The notes under the pieces were generated by a model. It was not told the origin of the DNA and searched no databases. It worked only from the letters and a program-made list of their open reading frames with translations. From NCBI GenBank assembly GCA_964387195.1, contig CAYLVT010000005.1:1-24000 (forward strand): a stretch of 24,000 nucleotides of DNA, in the 5' to 3' direction. This document shows, piece after piece, positions 1 to 8,737 of this stretch. Both the position numbers and the translations under genes were made by a program. The DNA is from an uncultured Acholeplasmataceae bacterium. Lineage in GTDB: Bacteria; Bacillota_I; Bacilli_A; Acholeplasmatales; UBA5453. How positions within the stretch are numbered: the stretch's first letter is position 1; every line of letters starts with the position of its first letter.

Positions 1-264
1 GATGGAAGGTTAGTCCCGTTTGAAAAAATTAGAACCTCTTCAAAAGCGCGTGCTCGATTTATTGAACTTGCAAAACAAGAAATTGATGCGGGTGTCGTTG
101 GTGTCTTTTTAGCTTATACCAACAACAAAGAATACGTAGAAGATATTAAACAAGAACTCCTAGAGTATAATCCCAATATAGAGATTAAAGTTGTTCCCTT
201 AACCCCAGTAGTAGGTGCACACGCAGGCCCTGGTACTTGTGGGTTTGGCGTCATTAGAAAGTAA
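1..264 (+). CDS. DegV family fatty-acid-binding protein, C-terminal fragment (5' end outside window)
   Basis: Frame 1 is open from base 1 to TAA 262-264. Translation ...AYTNNKEYVEDIKQELLEYNPNIEIKVVPLTPVVGAHAGPGTCGFGVIRK* has the typical DegV C-terminus (P-x-(V/I)G-x-H-x-GPG). Confidence 0.7.
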   Translation, partial: DGRLVPFEKIRTSSKARARFIELAKQEIDAGVVGVFLAYTNNKEYVEDIKQELLEYNPNIEIKVVPLTPVVGAHAGPGTCGFGVIRK

Positions 265-271
265 ATAAATC

Positions 272-308
272 ACCCTCTAAAAATTAACAGTTTTTAGAGG
301 GTCTTTTT
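272..308 (+). terminator. Rho-independent terminator after the DegV-like gene
   Basis: Perfect 12-bp stem ACCCTCTAAAAA (272-283) / TTTTTAGAGGGT (291-302), 7-nt loop, then CTTTTT (303-308). Confidence 0.8.
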
Positions 309-309
309 A

Positions 310-318
310 TGATATAAT
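310..318 (+). promoter_or_regulatory. Extended -10 promoter (TGaTATAAT) for the glucokinase/EI-like pair
   Basis: TGATATAAT at 310-318 matches TGnTATAAT, 24 nt upstream of ATG 342. No clear -35; that region overlaps the terminator. Confidence 0.5.
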
Positions 319-341
319 GATAAAAGAAAAAGGTGATAATA

Positions 342-1271
342 ATGAACTATATTTTTGGAATTGATATTGGAGGTACTAGTGTTAAAATAGGTCTATTTAA
401 AGACGATCAATTAATCGAAAAATATCAAATACCTTCAAACACAACCGATAAAGGAAAATATGTCTTAGAAGATATTTCTAAAAAAGTAAAAGCCATTTTA
501 AACGATAAAAACATCCAACTAGAAGACGTATTAGGCTTTGGTTTTGGTGTCCCTGGACCGGTCGTTCGTAATTTTGTCATAAAATGTGCGAATTTAGGGT
601 GGGAAAATGTCGAGCTTGATAAAGAATTTAAAGCTCTCATGGGTCAAGATGTATTAGTAAAAGTTGGTAATGATGCCACCGTAGCCGCAATCGGTGAATA
701 TACAAAGATGTCGATTGATAAAAGCATTGTTTTTGTTACGCTTGGAACGGGTGTGGGTGGTGGCATCATCACAAACGGAAAATGGCTTGAAGGTGCTACA
801 GGTGCAGCTGGAGAAATAGGACATATAAACATTGATAAATTAGGTGTTATGTGTTCTTGTGGAAACCGTGGCTGTCTAGAAACTATCGCAAGTATTAGAG
901 GATGGAATAGACTTGTGTTAGAAGTGATTAATGAAGGTAAATTAACGACTAAACTCGATAAAAACAACTTAAATCCTCGGTTCATTCATACCCTCGCAAA
1001 AGAAGGGGATGAAGTGGGTATAGAAGTGGTTAAAAGAGTGTCAGATGCACTGGCTTATGCGTGTGCTAATATTGCGGCAATTGTCAATCCTGATGCGTTT
1101 ATTATTGGCGGAGGGATATCAAATGCGGGCTGGATTTTAATAGAAAACCTAGAAAAGTATTATGAAAAATATGCGTTTTATGGGGTAAAAAACACAAAAT
1201 TTGAACTGGCAAAGCTTGGCAATGATGCAGGCATGTATGGGTGCTATTACATGGTTAAGAAACATGATTAA
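342..1271 (+). CDS. glcK: ROK family glucokinase
   Basis: MNYIFGIDIGGTSVKIGLF (DxGGT ATP-binding N-terminus), LGTGVGGGII, GEIGH, and the ROK zinc motif CSCGNRGCLE. Collinear with B. subtilis GlcK from memory. ATG 342 follows AAAAGGTG; the ORF-track GTG 333 is probably too early. Confidence 0.85.
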   Translation: MNYIFGIDIGGTSVKIGLFKDDQLIEKYQIPSNTTDKGKYVLEDISKKVKAILNDKNIQLEDVLGFGFGVPGPVVRNFVIKCANLGWENVELDKEFKALMGQDVLVKVGNDATVAAIGEYTKMSIDKSIVFVTLGTGVGGGIITNGKWLEGATGAAGEIGHINIDKLGVMCSCGNRGCLETIASIRGWNRLVLEVINEGKLTTKLDKNNLNPRFIHTLAKEGDEVGIEVVKRVSDALAYACANIAAIVNPDAFIIGGGISNAGWILIENLEKYYEKYAFYGVKNTKFELAKLGNDAGMYGCYYMVKKHD

Positions 1272-2781
1272 GTTTATTAACAAAAAAACAGTTTCAGGTT
1301 ATATATATCATATGGAGAAGGAACTGGTTAATGAAGGAGAAAAGTTGTCGGTTGAAGCAGAAAGCCAACTCTTTCATAACGCAAAAGATTCTTGTGTCAA
1401 TGATTTGTTTTTAGTAGAAGAAAAAACAACAGGTATTGTAAGAGATATCGTTAGAGTACATCGTATGTTTTTAGAAGACCCTAAAGTCATCGAAGAAACA
1501 TTAACGCTTATTAAAGAAGGAAATTCAAGAGGCTATAGTTATACAAAAGTTGTGGATAAATACATTAACTATTTAAAAAATAATAACGATGAGTATCTTA
1601 TTAAACGGATTGATGATTTTATCGATATTAAATACCGGATGTTAATGAGAATGTATAAACAAAAAATAGAACAATCCTTCAATAAAGATACGATTGTTGT
1701 GGTTGATCAGTTACTACCTTCTTTGGTTTTTAATGCCCCACCTAAAGTTGTGGGTATCATTTCTAAAACAGGTTCTGCATTAACGCATGCGGCTATTTTA
1801 GCAAAAGAAAAGGGTATAAGCTATGTAGTTACAAATAAACGCTTTAAAGAAGACAGTCTAGTTATTTTAGATAGCGAACAAAATAGGATTATTGAAAACC
1901 CAACAAAAGACTTACTTAAAATCGCTAAAGAAAGTAACATTATCCATAAACTAACTCAGGAAGATACCTTTAATACCAGTGGGTTTCATCTTTATTTAAA
2001 TCTTTCTAGTAGCGAATCTATTGATAAACTTGTTAAAAACCACATTGAAGGTGTTGGTTTATTTAGGACAGAACACATTGTTCTAGGCAGTGAAATATAC
2101 CCAACCTTTGAAACACAAGTTGTCATTTATAAGCATCTTTTAAAACAAATGTATCCTAAAAAGGTTAAAATTCGATTGTTTGATTTTACGGGCGATAAAA
2201 AGTTATTTTTCTTAAACAATGAGTTTATTGATTCCTTTCAACTCTTTGGAATACTTCATCATGTGTATGAAGAGCAATTAAAAGCATTACTTTTCTCAAA
2301 CGAGGGATTAGGTAACTTAGAAGTGATGATTCCAATGATTAGAGATGATAAAGAATTTAGCCATGTAAAAGATTTAATCCAAACGCTAAAAGAGACACAT
2401 AATCTAAAAGGAGAAGTGCCTAATGTAGGTATTATGATGGAAACAAAAGAAGGTTTTAATCAGATTTTAAAATATAAAGATGTCGCTTTCATGAGTATTG
2501 GAACCAATGATTTATCGTATGAGTTGTTTGGGATATCTAGAGAAAAAGCGATAGATTATCATCATTATGCAAAACTGATGATAGAACCGATTAAAACCAT
2601 CTCACAATTTTGTAGGAAACATCAAATTGAGTATAGCATTTGTGGGGATTTAGCGAGTCATGAAGATGCGTTAACTAAACTTATTCATGCCCAGGAAAAA
2701 CACTTTTCAATCCCACATGCGTTTTTAAAACAAGCCTTAACAATTATCGATTTATACAACAAACAACCAGAAAAAAGATGA
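1264..2781 (+). CDS. Divergent PTS Enzyme I-like PEP-utilising protein (phosphoenolpyruvate-protein phosphotransferase family)
   Basis: Collinear with EI: HRMFLEDPKVIEE, DEYLIKRIDDFIDI, phospho-His loop TGSALTHAAILAKEKGI, GVGLFRTEH, MIPMI, GIMMETKEG, SIGTNDL, CGDLAS. Likely start is ATG 1264 (MIKFINKK...), overlapping the glcK stop in ATGATTAA. ORF-track start 1201 lies inside glcK. Confidence 0.7.
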   Translation: MIKFINKKTVSGYIYHMEKELVNEGEKLSVEAESQLFHNAKDSCVNDLFLVEEKTTGIVRDIVRVHRMFLEDPKVIEETLTLIKEGNSRGYSYTKVVDKYINYLKNNNDEYLIKRIDDFIDIKYRMLMRMYKQKIEQSFNKDTIVVVDQLLPSLVFNAPPKVVGIISKTGSALTHAAILAKEKGISYVVTNKRFKEDSLVILDSEQNRIIENPTKDLLKIAKESNIIHKLTQEDTFNTSGFHLYLNLSSSESIDKLVKNHIEGVGLFRTEHIVLGSEIYPTFETQVVIYKHLLKQMYPKKVKIRLFDFTGDKKLFFLNNEFIDSFQLFGILHHVYEEQLKALLFSNEGLGNLEVMIPMIRDDKEFSHVKDLIQTLKETHNLKGEVPNVGIMMETKEGFNQILKYKDVAFMSIGTNDLSYELFGISREKAIDYHHYAKLMIEPIKTISQFCRKHQIEYSICGDLASHEDALTKLIHAQEKHFSIPHAFLKQALTIIDLYNKQPEKR

Positions 2782-2885
2782 AAATAACACATTTATTATA
2801 TATATAATAATCGCTTTATAAAGGCAAAATACGAAGACTTAATAATAAAGAGAAGCAAAGTTGCAAAAAATTTAGTTAAAAAAGG

Positions 2886-2914
2886 TTGCACTTTCTTCTT
2901 TTTTATTATATAAT
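2886..2914 (+). promoter_or_regulatory. Sigma-A-type promoter of the S10-spc-alpha cluster
   Basis: TTGCAC (2886-2891), 17-nt spacer, TATAAT (2909-2914). A/T tracts upstream (about 2865-2885) resemble an UP element. Confidence 0.7.
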
Positions 2915-2920
2915 AACTAA

Positions 2921-3014
2921 CGCTTGCGCATTTAGCAAGAAGGCTTTGAGGCGGGAGGTTGTTGGCACACGGGTAGCCGTTGTTAGTGTGCCGGGGTATT
3001 TCCGCTTAGCAAGT
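2921..3014 (+). promoter_or_regulatory. Structured GC-rich 5' leader of rpsJ (candidate r-protein autoregulatory RNA)
   Basis: Nested helices GGCACAC 2964-2970 / GTGTGCC 2986-2992 and GCGGGA 2951-2956 / TTCCGC 3000-3005. GCTTGC 2922-2927 can pair with either copy of the duplicated TTAGCAAG (2932-2939, 3006-3013). The segment is locally GC-rich in an AT-rich genome. Confidence 0.5.
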
Positions 3015-3050
3015 CTATACACAGATTATAGGCGAAAGGAGATTAGAATA

Positions 3051-3359
3051 ATGGCAAAAGAAGTAATTAAAATTCGTTTAAAGGCATATGATCATAGACT
3101 CATTGACCAATCAGCGAAAAAGATTATCGAAAGCGTTAGAAAATCAGGCGCAGAAGTAAAGGGACCAATTCCCCTACCTACTCAAAAAGAAATTTTCACG
3201 ATTTTAAGAAGTCCACACGTAAACAAAGACTCTCGTGAACAATTTGAAAGAAGAACGCACAAACGCTTAATCGAAATCGTTGAGCCAAACGCTCAAACCA
3301 TTGAAGCCCTTATGCACATCGATTTACCAAGTGGTGTGGATATCGTGCTTAAGAAGTAA
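3051..3359 (+). CDS. rpsJ: 30S ribosomal protein S10 (uS10)
   Basis: ATG 3051 after AAAGGAG (3036-3042). [25 protein letters not shown]... is typical uS10 of 102 aa. ORF-track start 2886 runs through the promoter and leader. Confidence 0.97.
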   Translation: MAKEVIKIRLKAYDHRLIDQSAKKIIESVRKSGAEVKGPIPLPTQKEIFTILRSPHVNKDSREQFERRTHKRLIEIVEPNAQTIEALMHIDLPSGVDIVLKK

Positions 3360-3387
3360 ACAATAACTTAGAAAAGGAGAAACAAAC

Positions 3388-4035
3388 ATGGCCAAAGGAA
3401 TCTTAGGTAGAAAACTTGGGATGACACAAATTTTCAATGAAAACGGTCATCTCATCCCTGTATCTGTTATCGATGTTGCTAACAACGTTGTCTTACAACA
3501 AAAAACACTTGAAACAGATGGATATGTCGCAACTCAGCTTGGGTTTGACGACAAAAGGGAAACATTATCAAACAAGCCAGAACAAGGGCACGTTTCAAAA
3601 GCTAACACAGCACCTAAGCGCTTCATTAAAGAAATCCGCTTTGATAGAGTGCTTAACGAGCTTACAAACTTAGCGGTAGGCGATACAGTTTCTGGTGATA
3701 TATTTAGTGAAGGTGAATTCGTAGATGTTCAAGGCATCTCTCGTGGTAAAGGTTTCCAAGGAAACATCAAACGTCACAATCAATCAGTCGGATTTATGTC
3801 TCACGGTTCTCGTTATCATAGAGGACCTGGATCAATGGGTGCGATTAAAGGTAAATTAAAAGGTAAACCATTACCTGGTCAAATGGGTTCAGTTACAAAA
3901 ACCATTCAAAACCTCGAAATCGTTAAAGTTGATAAAGAAAGAGGCCTAATTTTAGTGAAAGGTTCTATCCCAGGACCTAAAAAAGGTTTAGTAGTTATTA
4001 AATCAGCTATTAAACATGTTGGTAAAGGAGTATAA
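3388..4035 (+). CDS. rplC: 50S ribosomal protein L3 (uL3)
   Basis: [16 protein letters not shown]... and GKGFQG motifs; RBS AAAGGAG upstream; expected position after rpsJ. Confidence 0.97.
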   Translation: MAKGILGRKLGMTQIFNENGHLIPVSVIDVANNVVLQQKTLETDGYVATQLGFDDKRETLSNKPEQGHVSKANTAPKRFIKEIRFDRVLNELTNLAVGDTVSGDIFSEGEFVDVQGISRGKGFQGNIKRHNQSVGFMSHGSRYHRGPGSMGAIKGKLKGKPLPGQMGSVTKTIQNLEIVKVDKERGLILVKGSIPGPKKGLVVIKSAIKHVGKGV

Positions 4036-4037
4036 CA

Positions 4038-4655
4038 ATGCAAGTACAAGTTTATAAACAAGATGGTTCTAAAGCCTCTTTACTAACATTAAATGATCAA
4101 ATCTTTGGTATTGAGCCAAACACTCAAGTCTTATATGATGTTGTGAATGCTCAAAGAGCGGCAATGCGTCAAGGTACGGCAGATACAAAAGGTAGATCTG
4201 AAGTACGCGGTGGTGGAAAGAAACCATGGCGTCAAAAAGGAACTGGTCGTGCAAGACATGGTTCAAGAAGAAGCCCAATTTGGGTAGGTGGAGGCGTTAC
4301 ATTTGGACCTACACCTAGAAGTTATGCAGTTAAAGTGAACAAAAAAGTTGGACGCTTAGCATTAAAGAGTGCCTTAGCACTTCACTTCCAAAGAGAACAA
4401 CTGATTGTTTTAGATAAAATCGACATTAACGAACCTAAAACAAAGCAGTTTAACGAAGTACTAAATAACCTATCCATTGATTCACGTGTTTTATTTGTGG
4501 ATGTTGATTTTTCAGATAACGCAATTTTATCTGCAAGAAATATTCCATATGTATCATTAGAGAACGCGTCACACACGAGCGTGTATCAATTAATGAACTG
4601 TTCAAAACTCGTTTTAACAGTGGATGCGGTTAAATATTTTGAGGAGGTCCTTTAA
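4038..4655 (+). CDS. rplD: 50S ribosomal protein L4 (uL4)
   Basis: GGGKKPWRQKGTGRARHGS motif; conserved operon position. Confidence 0.97.
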   Translation: MQVQVYKQDGSKASLLTLNDQIFGIEPNTQVLYDVVNAQRAAMRQGTADTKGRSEVRGGGKKPWRQKGTGRARHGSRRSPIWVGGGVTFGPTPRSYAVKVNKKVGRLALKSALALHFQREQLIVLDKIDINEPKTKQFNEVLNNLSIDSRVLFVDVDFSDNAILSARNIPYVSLENASHTSVYQLMNCSKLVLTVDAVKYFEEVL

Positions 4656-4656
4656 A

Positions 4657-4944
4657 ATGACAAAATATTATGAAATTATTAAAGAACCTATTATTACAGA
4701 ACAATCTACAAAAATGATAGAAGGCGAAAACACCTATACATTTAAAGTAGATAAAAGAGCAAACAAAATTGAAATCAAAAATGCAGTAGAACATATTTTC
4801 AAAGTACACGTATTAAGAGTAAATACGGTTAACGTACCTAGAAAGTTCAAACGTATGGGGCAACATGAAGGGTTTAAACCTGCCTATAAGAAAGCATACG
4901 TTACACTTGCTGAAGGCGAAAAAATAGACGCCTTTGCGATTTAA
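4657..4944 (+). CDS. rplW: 50S ribosomal protein L23 (uL23)
   Basis: ATG 4657 after GAGGAGG (4641-4647). MTKYYEIIKEPIITEQS...YTFKVDKRANKIEIKNAVE. ORF-track start 4624 lies inside rplD. Confidence 0.95.
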   Translation: MTKYYEIIKEPIITEQSTKMIEGENTYTFKVDKRANKIEIKNAVEHIFKVHVLRVNTVNVPRKFKRMGQHEGFKPAYKKAYVTLAEGEKIDAFAI

Positions 4945-4970
4945 TTTGATAATTAAAGGAGAATTAACTT

Positions 4971-5801
4971 ATGGCGGTTAAAAATTATAAACCTACGACA
5001 AATGGTCGTAGAAATATGAGCGTATTAACGTTTGAAGATATTACGACAACGACTCCTGAAAAATCATTATTAAAGCCATTACACAAAAAAGCAGGTAGAA
5101 ACCATTCTGGTAAAGTTACCGTACGTCATCAAGGTGGCGGTGCAAAGAGAAAATACCGTGTAATTGATTTTAAAAGAAATAAAGATGATATAGTAGGAAA
5201 AGTTGCAACCATTGAATACGATCCAAACAGAAGTGCAAACATCGCTTTGATCCATTATATTGATGGTGAAAAGAGATACATCATTGCGCCTAAAGATATT
5301 AGTGTTGGGATGACTGTAGAAAGTGGTATGAAAGTAGATATTAAAGTAGGTAATGCAATGCCTATTATGAATATTCCTGTAGGTACTGTGGTACACAATA
5401 TTGAATTATCCCCTGGTAAAGGTGGTCAAATTGCAAGAAGTGCGGGCACAAGTGCTCAAATTCTTGGTAGAGAAGACAAATACGTTTTAATGAGACTATC
5501 TTCAGGTGAAGTTCGAAAGATATTAGGTACTTGCCGTGCAACCATTGGTGAGGTTGGTAATGAATCTCATGAATTAGTAACCATTGGTAAGGCAGGAAGA
5601 AAAAGACACATGGGCGTTAGACCTACCGTTCGTGGTTCTGCAATGAACCCAGTGGATCACCCACATGGTGGTGGTGAAGGTAGAGCACCTATTGGTAGAA
5701 AGAGCCCAATGAGTCCATGGGGCAAACCAGCTCGTGGTATTAAAACGAGAGATTCTAAGAAGGCTTCTAACGATTTAATCGTAAGAAGAAGAACGAAGTA
5801 G
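4971..5801 (+). CDS. rplB: 50S ribosomal protein L2 (uL2)
   Basis: [14 protein letters not shown]..., [13 protein letters not shown] motif. Confidence 0.98.
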   Translation: MAVKNYKPTTNGRRNMSVLTFEDITTTTPEKSLLKPLHKKAGRNHSGKVTVRHQGGGAKRKYRVIDFKRNKDDIVGKVATIEYDPNRSANIALIHYIDGEKRYIIAPKDISVGMTVESGMKVDIKVGNAMPIMNIPVGTVVHNIELSPGKGGQIARSAGTSAQILGREDKYVLMRLSSGEVRKILGTCRATIGEVGNESHELVTIGKAGRKRHMGVRPTVRGSAMNPVDHPHGGGEGRAPIGRKSPMSPWGKPARGIKTRDSKKASNDLIVRRRTK

Positions 5802-5811
5802 GAGGGTACAT

Positions 5812-6090
5812 ATGGCACGTTCAGTAAAAAAAGGACCTTTTGTTGATGAACATTTAATGAATAAAGTTCTAACTCAAAAGAAAACAAAAGAAAATAAAGT
5901 TATCCAAACTTGGTCTCGAAGATCAACAGTGTTCCCAGAATTTATCGGACACACAATAGCGGTGTACAACGGTAAAGAACATGTACCAATCTACATTACA
6001 GAAGATATGGTAGGGCATAAATTAGGTGAGTTTGCGCCCACTAGAACATTCCGCGGTCACGCAGGCGATAGAAAGGCTGTTAAGAAATAA
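5812..6090 (+). CDS. rpsS: 30S ribosomal protein S19 (uS19)
   Basis: [15 protein letters not shown]..., [16 protein letters not shown]. Confidence 0.98.
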   Translation: MARSVKKGPFVDEHLMNKVLTQKKTKENKVIQTWSRRSTVFPEFIGHTIAVYNGKEHVPIYITEDMVGHKLGEFAPTRTFRGHAGDRKAVKK

Positions 6091-6425
6091 TGGAAGCTAG
6101 AGCCATTGCAAAAACCGTAAGAATTGCACCTAGAAAAGCAAGATTAGTCATTGATCTGGTAAGAGGTTTAGACATTCAAGAAGCGCAAGCGGTATTAATG
6201 TATACACCTAAAGCTGCATCACCTGTTATTTTAAAATTAATAAATAGCGCAGCGGCAAACGCAGAACATAACTATCAGATGGACACATCAAAACTATACG
6301 TCAAAGAAGCTTATGTCAACGAAGGTATTACAATGAAAAGACTACTACCTCGTGCTAAAGGACAAGGCGACATCATTAAAAAGCGCACAAGCCACATTAC
6401 GGTGGTTTTAGCGGAAAGGGAATAG
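6090..6425 (+). CDS. rplV: 50S ribosomal protein L22 (uL22)
   Basis: [26 protein letters not shown]...; 1-nt overlap (TAATG) with rpsS. Confidence 0.97.
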   Translation: MEARAIAKTVRIAPRKARLVIDLVRGLDIQEAQAVLMYTPKAASPVILKLINSAAANAEHNYQMDTSKLYVKEAYVNEGITMKRLLPRAKGQGDIIKKRTSHITVVLAERE

Positions 6426-6434
6426 GAGGATACT

Positions 6435-7157
6435 ATGGGTCAAAAAGTGAGTCCAACCGGACTTAGAATAGGAATTAACAAAGAATGGGATTCGAATTGG
6501 TACGCTGATAAGAACCGTGTTCCTGCATTAATTAAAGAAGACTACGAAATCCGTAAATTCCTAAATAAAACGTATAAAAGGGCTGAAGTAGCTCAAATTC
6601 AAATTGAAAGATTAAAAGGGAAAGCTAAAGATAGAGTAAAAATTACACTTCATACAGCTAAACCTGGTATGGTTATAGGTCAAAATGCTGAAAATAAAAA
6701 CAAAGCAGTAGCGACTTTAGAACATATGACTAAAAAAGAAATCATCTTAAATGTGGTTGAAGTAAGACGTCCAGAGTTAAATGCACAATTGGTTGCAGAT
6801 TCAATTGCTAGACAATTAGAAGCAAGAGCATCGTTTAGAAGAGTTCAAAAAATCGCAATCCAAAGAGCATTAAGAAGTGGCGCTAAAGGGGTTAGAACAT
6901 TAGTTTCAGGACGCCTTGGCGGTGCGGAAATTGCGAGAGCTGAAGGGTATTCTGAAGGTAGAGTATCACTACACACTCTACGCGCAGACATTGACTATGC
7001 GACAGCTGAAGCGGATACCACTTATGGAAAACTTGGTGTGAAGGTTTGGATTTATAAAGGTGAAATACTACCTGGTCAAAAACCAAGAACTGAAGAACCA
7101 AGAAGACCTAGAAGACGTAGAGGAGGTAACCGCAATGCTCATTCCAAAGAGAACTAA
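6435..7157 (+). CDS. rpsC: 30S ribosomal protein S3 (uS3) with an Arg-rich C-terminal tail
   Basis: [24 protein letters not shown]..., KH-domain region; tail ...[24 protein letters not shown]. Confidence 0.97.
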   Translation: MGQKVSPTGLRIGINKEWDSNWYADKNRVPALIKEDYEIRKFLNKTYKRAEVAQIQIERLKGKAKDRVKITLHTAKPGMVIGQNAENKNKAVATLEHMTKKEIILNVVEVRRPELNAQLVADSIARQLEARASFRRVQKIAIQRALRSGAKGVRTLVSGRLGGAEIARAEGYSEGRVSLHTLRADIDYATAEADTTYGKLGVKVWIYKGEILPGQKPRTEEPRRPRRRRGGNRNAHSKEN

Positions 7158-7551
7158 ATACAGACGCCCTCATAGAATTTCATATGAAGGTAAAGCAAAA
7201 GGTAACTTAACCGTTCAAAACGGTGAATGGGGCTTAATGGCTTTAGAGGGTGCTTGGATTACAAATAGACAAATTGAAGCATCACGTATCGCAATCACAA
7301 GACATATGAAACGTGTTGGTAAAGTATGGATTAACATTTATCCACATTTATCAAAAACGAAAAAACCTCTTGAAGTACGTATGGGTAGTGGTAAAGGGGC
7401 ACCAGATTCATGGGTTGCCGTAGTTAAACAAGGTAAAGTAATGTTTGAAGTTGGTGGCGTTTCTGAAGAAATAGCTAAAGAAGCGTTACGCTTAGCAAGC
7501 CATAAATTACCGATTAGAACAAAAATAGTTCGTAAGGTTGGTGACGAGTAA
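7135..7551 (+). CDS. rplP: 50S ribosomal protein L16 (uL16)
   Basis: ATG 7135 after AGGAGG (7121-7126). [14 protein letters not shown]... is the canonical uL16 N-terminus. ORF-track start 7060 is an upstream artefact. Overlaps the rpsC 3' end by 23 nt. Confidence 0.96.
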   Translation: MLIPKRTKYRRPHRISYEGKAKGNLTVQNGEWGLMALEGAWITNRQIEASRIAITRHMKRVGKVWINIYPHLSKTKKPLEVRMGSGKGAPDSWVAVVKQGKVMFEVGGVSEEIAKEALRLASHKLPIRTKIVRKVGDE

Positions 7552-7739
7552 TGAAAGCACAAGAAATTAGAAAGTTATCTACACAAGATTTAGAAACACG
7601 AGTTAGCGAATTAAAAATTGAATTATTTAACTTAAGATTTCAACTTGCGGTAGGTCAATTAGAAAACACAGCAAGAATTTCACAAGTAAGAAAACTCATT
7701 GCTCAAATGAAAACCATCATCACGGAGCGTAAGGAGTAG
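7551..7739 (+). CDS. rpmC: 50S ribosomal protein L29 (uL29)
   Basis: [31 protein letters not shown]...; TAATG overlap with rplP. Confidence 0.96.
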   Translation: MKAQEIRKLSTQDLETRVSELKIELFNLRFQLAVGQLENTARISQVRKLIAQMKTIITERKE

Positions 7740-7742
7740 TAT

Positions 7743-8000
7743 ATGAGAAACGTAAGAAAACAATTTGCAGGTACGGTTGTATCCGATAAATCAGATAAAA
7801 CAATTGTTGTTTCTGTTGATCGTTATAAAAAACATAGATTATACGGAAAAAGAGTTAAAGTCTCTAAAAAATTCCACGTTCACGACGAAGACAATCAAGC
7901 AAAAATAGGCGACAAAGTCTTATTCCAAGAATGCCGTCCTATTTCTAAAACGAAATCATTTAGATTAGTTAAGATTGTTGAAGTTGCTGAAGTGTTATAA
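7743..8000 (+). CDS. rpsQ: 30S ribosomal protein S17 (uS17)
   Basis: [34 protein letters not shown]... is typical uS17. Confidence 0.96.
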   Translation: MRNVRKQFAGTVVSDKSDKTIVVSVDRYKKHRLYGKRVKVSKKFHVHDEDNQAKIGDKVLFQECRPISKTKSFRLVKIVEVAEVL

Positions 8001-8010
8001 GGAGGCAACC

Positions 8011-8379
8011 ATGATACAACAAGAAAGTAGATTAAATATCGCCGATAACTCAGGCGCAAGAGAAGTATTAGTTATTAAAGTTTTAGGCGGCACAAGAAGA
8101 AGATACGCTAACATTGGCGATGTTGTAACTGTGACCGTTAAAAAAGCTGCTCCAAACTCAGCCGTTAAAAAAGGTGAAATTGTTAAAGCTGTTATTGTGA
8201 GAACAAAAACAGGTTTAAGAAGAAAAGATGGTTCATACATTAAGTTTGATGATAATGCAGCAGTTATTATTAAAGAAGATTTAAACCCACGTGGAACAAG
8301 AATATTTGGTCCGGTGGCAAGAGAGTTAAGAGAAAAGAATTTCATGAGAATTATATCTCTAGCTCCAGAAGTACTTTAG
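8011..8379 (+). CDS. rplN: 50S ribosomal protein L14 (uL14)
   Basis: ATG 8011 after AGGAGG (8000-8005). [19 protein letters not shown]... is the canonical uL14 start. Confidence 0.97.
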   Translation: MIQQESRLNIADNSGAREVLVIKVLGGTRRRYANIGDVVTVTVKKAAPNSAVKKGEIVKAVIVRTKTGLRRKDGSYIKFDDNAAVIIKEDLNPRGTRIFGPVARELREKNFMRIISLAPEVL

Positions 8380-8388
8380 GAGGATATT

Positions 8389-8730
8389 ATGCATATAAAA
8401 GTTGGAGATACTGTTGCTGTTATTGCTGGTAAAAATAAATATACCATCGATAAAAAAGGCAAGAAAACACGTACAACTGGTACCGTATTAAGATCATTTC
8501 CTAAAGAAAATAGAGTTTTGGTTCAAGGGGTTAACATGGTTAAAAAACATCAAGCCCCCACACAAACCAATGAATCAGGAACCATTGTTACAATTGAAGC
8601 ACCAATTCATGTTTCAAATGTAATGATTGTTGATCCTAAATTAGGTGTACCAACACGTATTGGTTATAAAATTGTAAATGGGGAAAAGGTTCGCTACGCT
8701 AAAAAGTCTGGCGAAATCCTAGATAAGTAG
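8389..8730 (+). CDS. rplX: 50S ribosomal protein L24 (uL24)
   Basis: [17 protein letters not shown]... (KOW motif); operon position. Confidence 0.95.
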   Translation: MHIKVGDTVAVIAGKNKYTIDKKGKKTRTTGTVLRSFPKENRVLVQGVNMVKKHQAPTQTNESGTIVTIEAPIHVSNVMIVDPKLGVPTRIGYKIVNGEKVRYAKKSGEILDK

Positions 8731-8737
8731 GTGTATT

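Noticed and set aside
1201-1263. Longer start for the EI-like gene (ATG 1201), giving a 71-nt overlap with glcK
   Set aside because: The extra 21 residues (MNWQSLAMMQACMGAITWLRN) are the +1 frame of the conserved glucokinase C-terminus. ATG 1264 gives an EI-like N-terminus (MIKF...SGYIY) and a typical stop/start overlap.
2813-2825. Small palindrome GCTTTATAAAGGC after the EI-like gene as a terminator
   Set aside because: The stem is only about 5 bp including a G-U pair, with a 3-nt loop and A-rich rather than U-rich downstream sequence. It is not a credible intrinsic terminator.
2886-3050. 55-codon N-terminal extension of rpsJ in the ORF track ([16 protein letters not shown]...)
   Set aside because: It begins with TTG inside the -35 hexamer and runs through the promoter and leader. 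The canonical uS10 N-terminus [10 protein letters not shown] starts at ATG 3051 with an AAAGGAG SD, so the open frame upstream is coincidental.
3437-3673. Same-strand alternative-frame ORFs inside rplC (3437-3673), rpsM/rpsK (15280-15516) and ecfA2 (20876-21091)
   Set aside because: They are embedded out of frame in conserved genes, have no RBS, and give unrecognisable translations. They are chance ORFs.
7135-7157. Possible programmed frameshift or gene fusion at the rpsC/rplP overlap
   Set aside because: Both proteins are complete with their own start and stop, and rplP has its own AGGAGG SD at proper spacing. There is no slippery heptamer. This is simple overlapping translational coupling.
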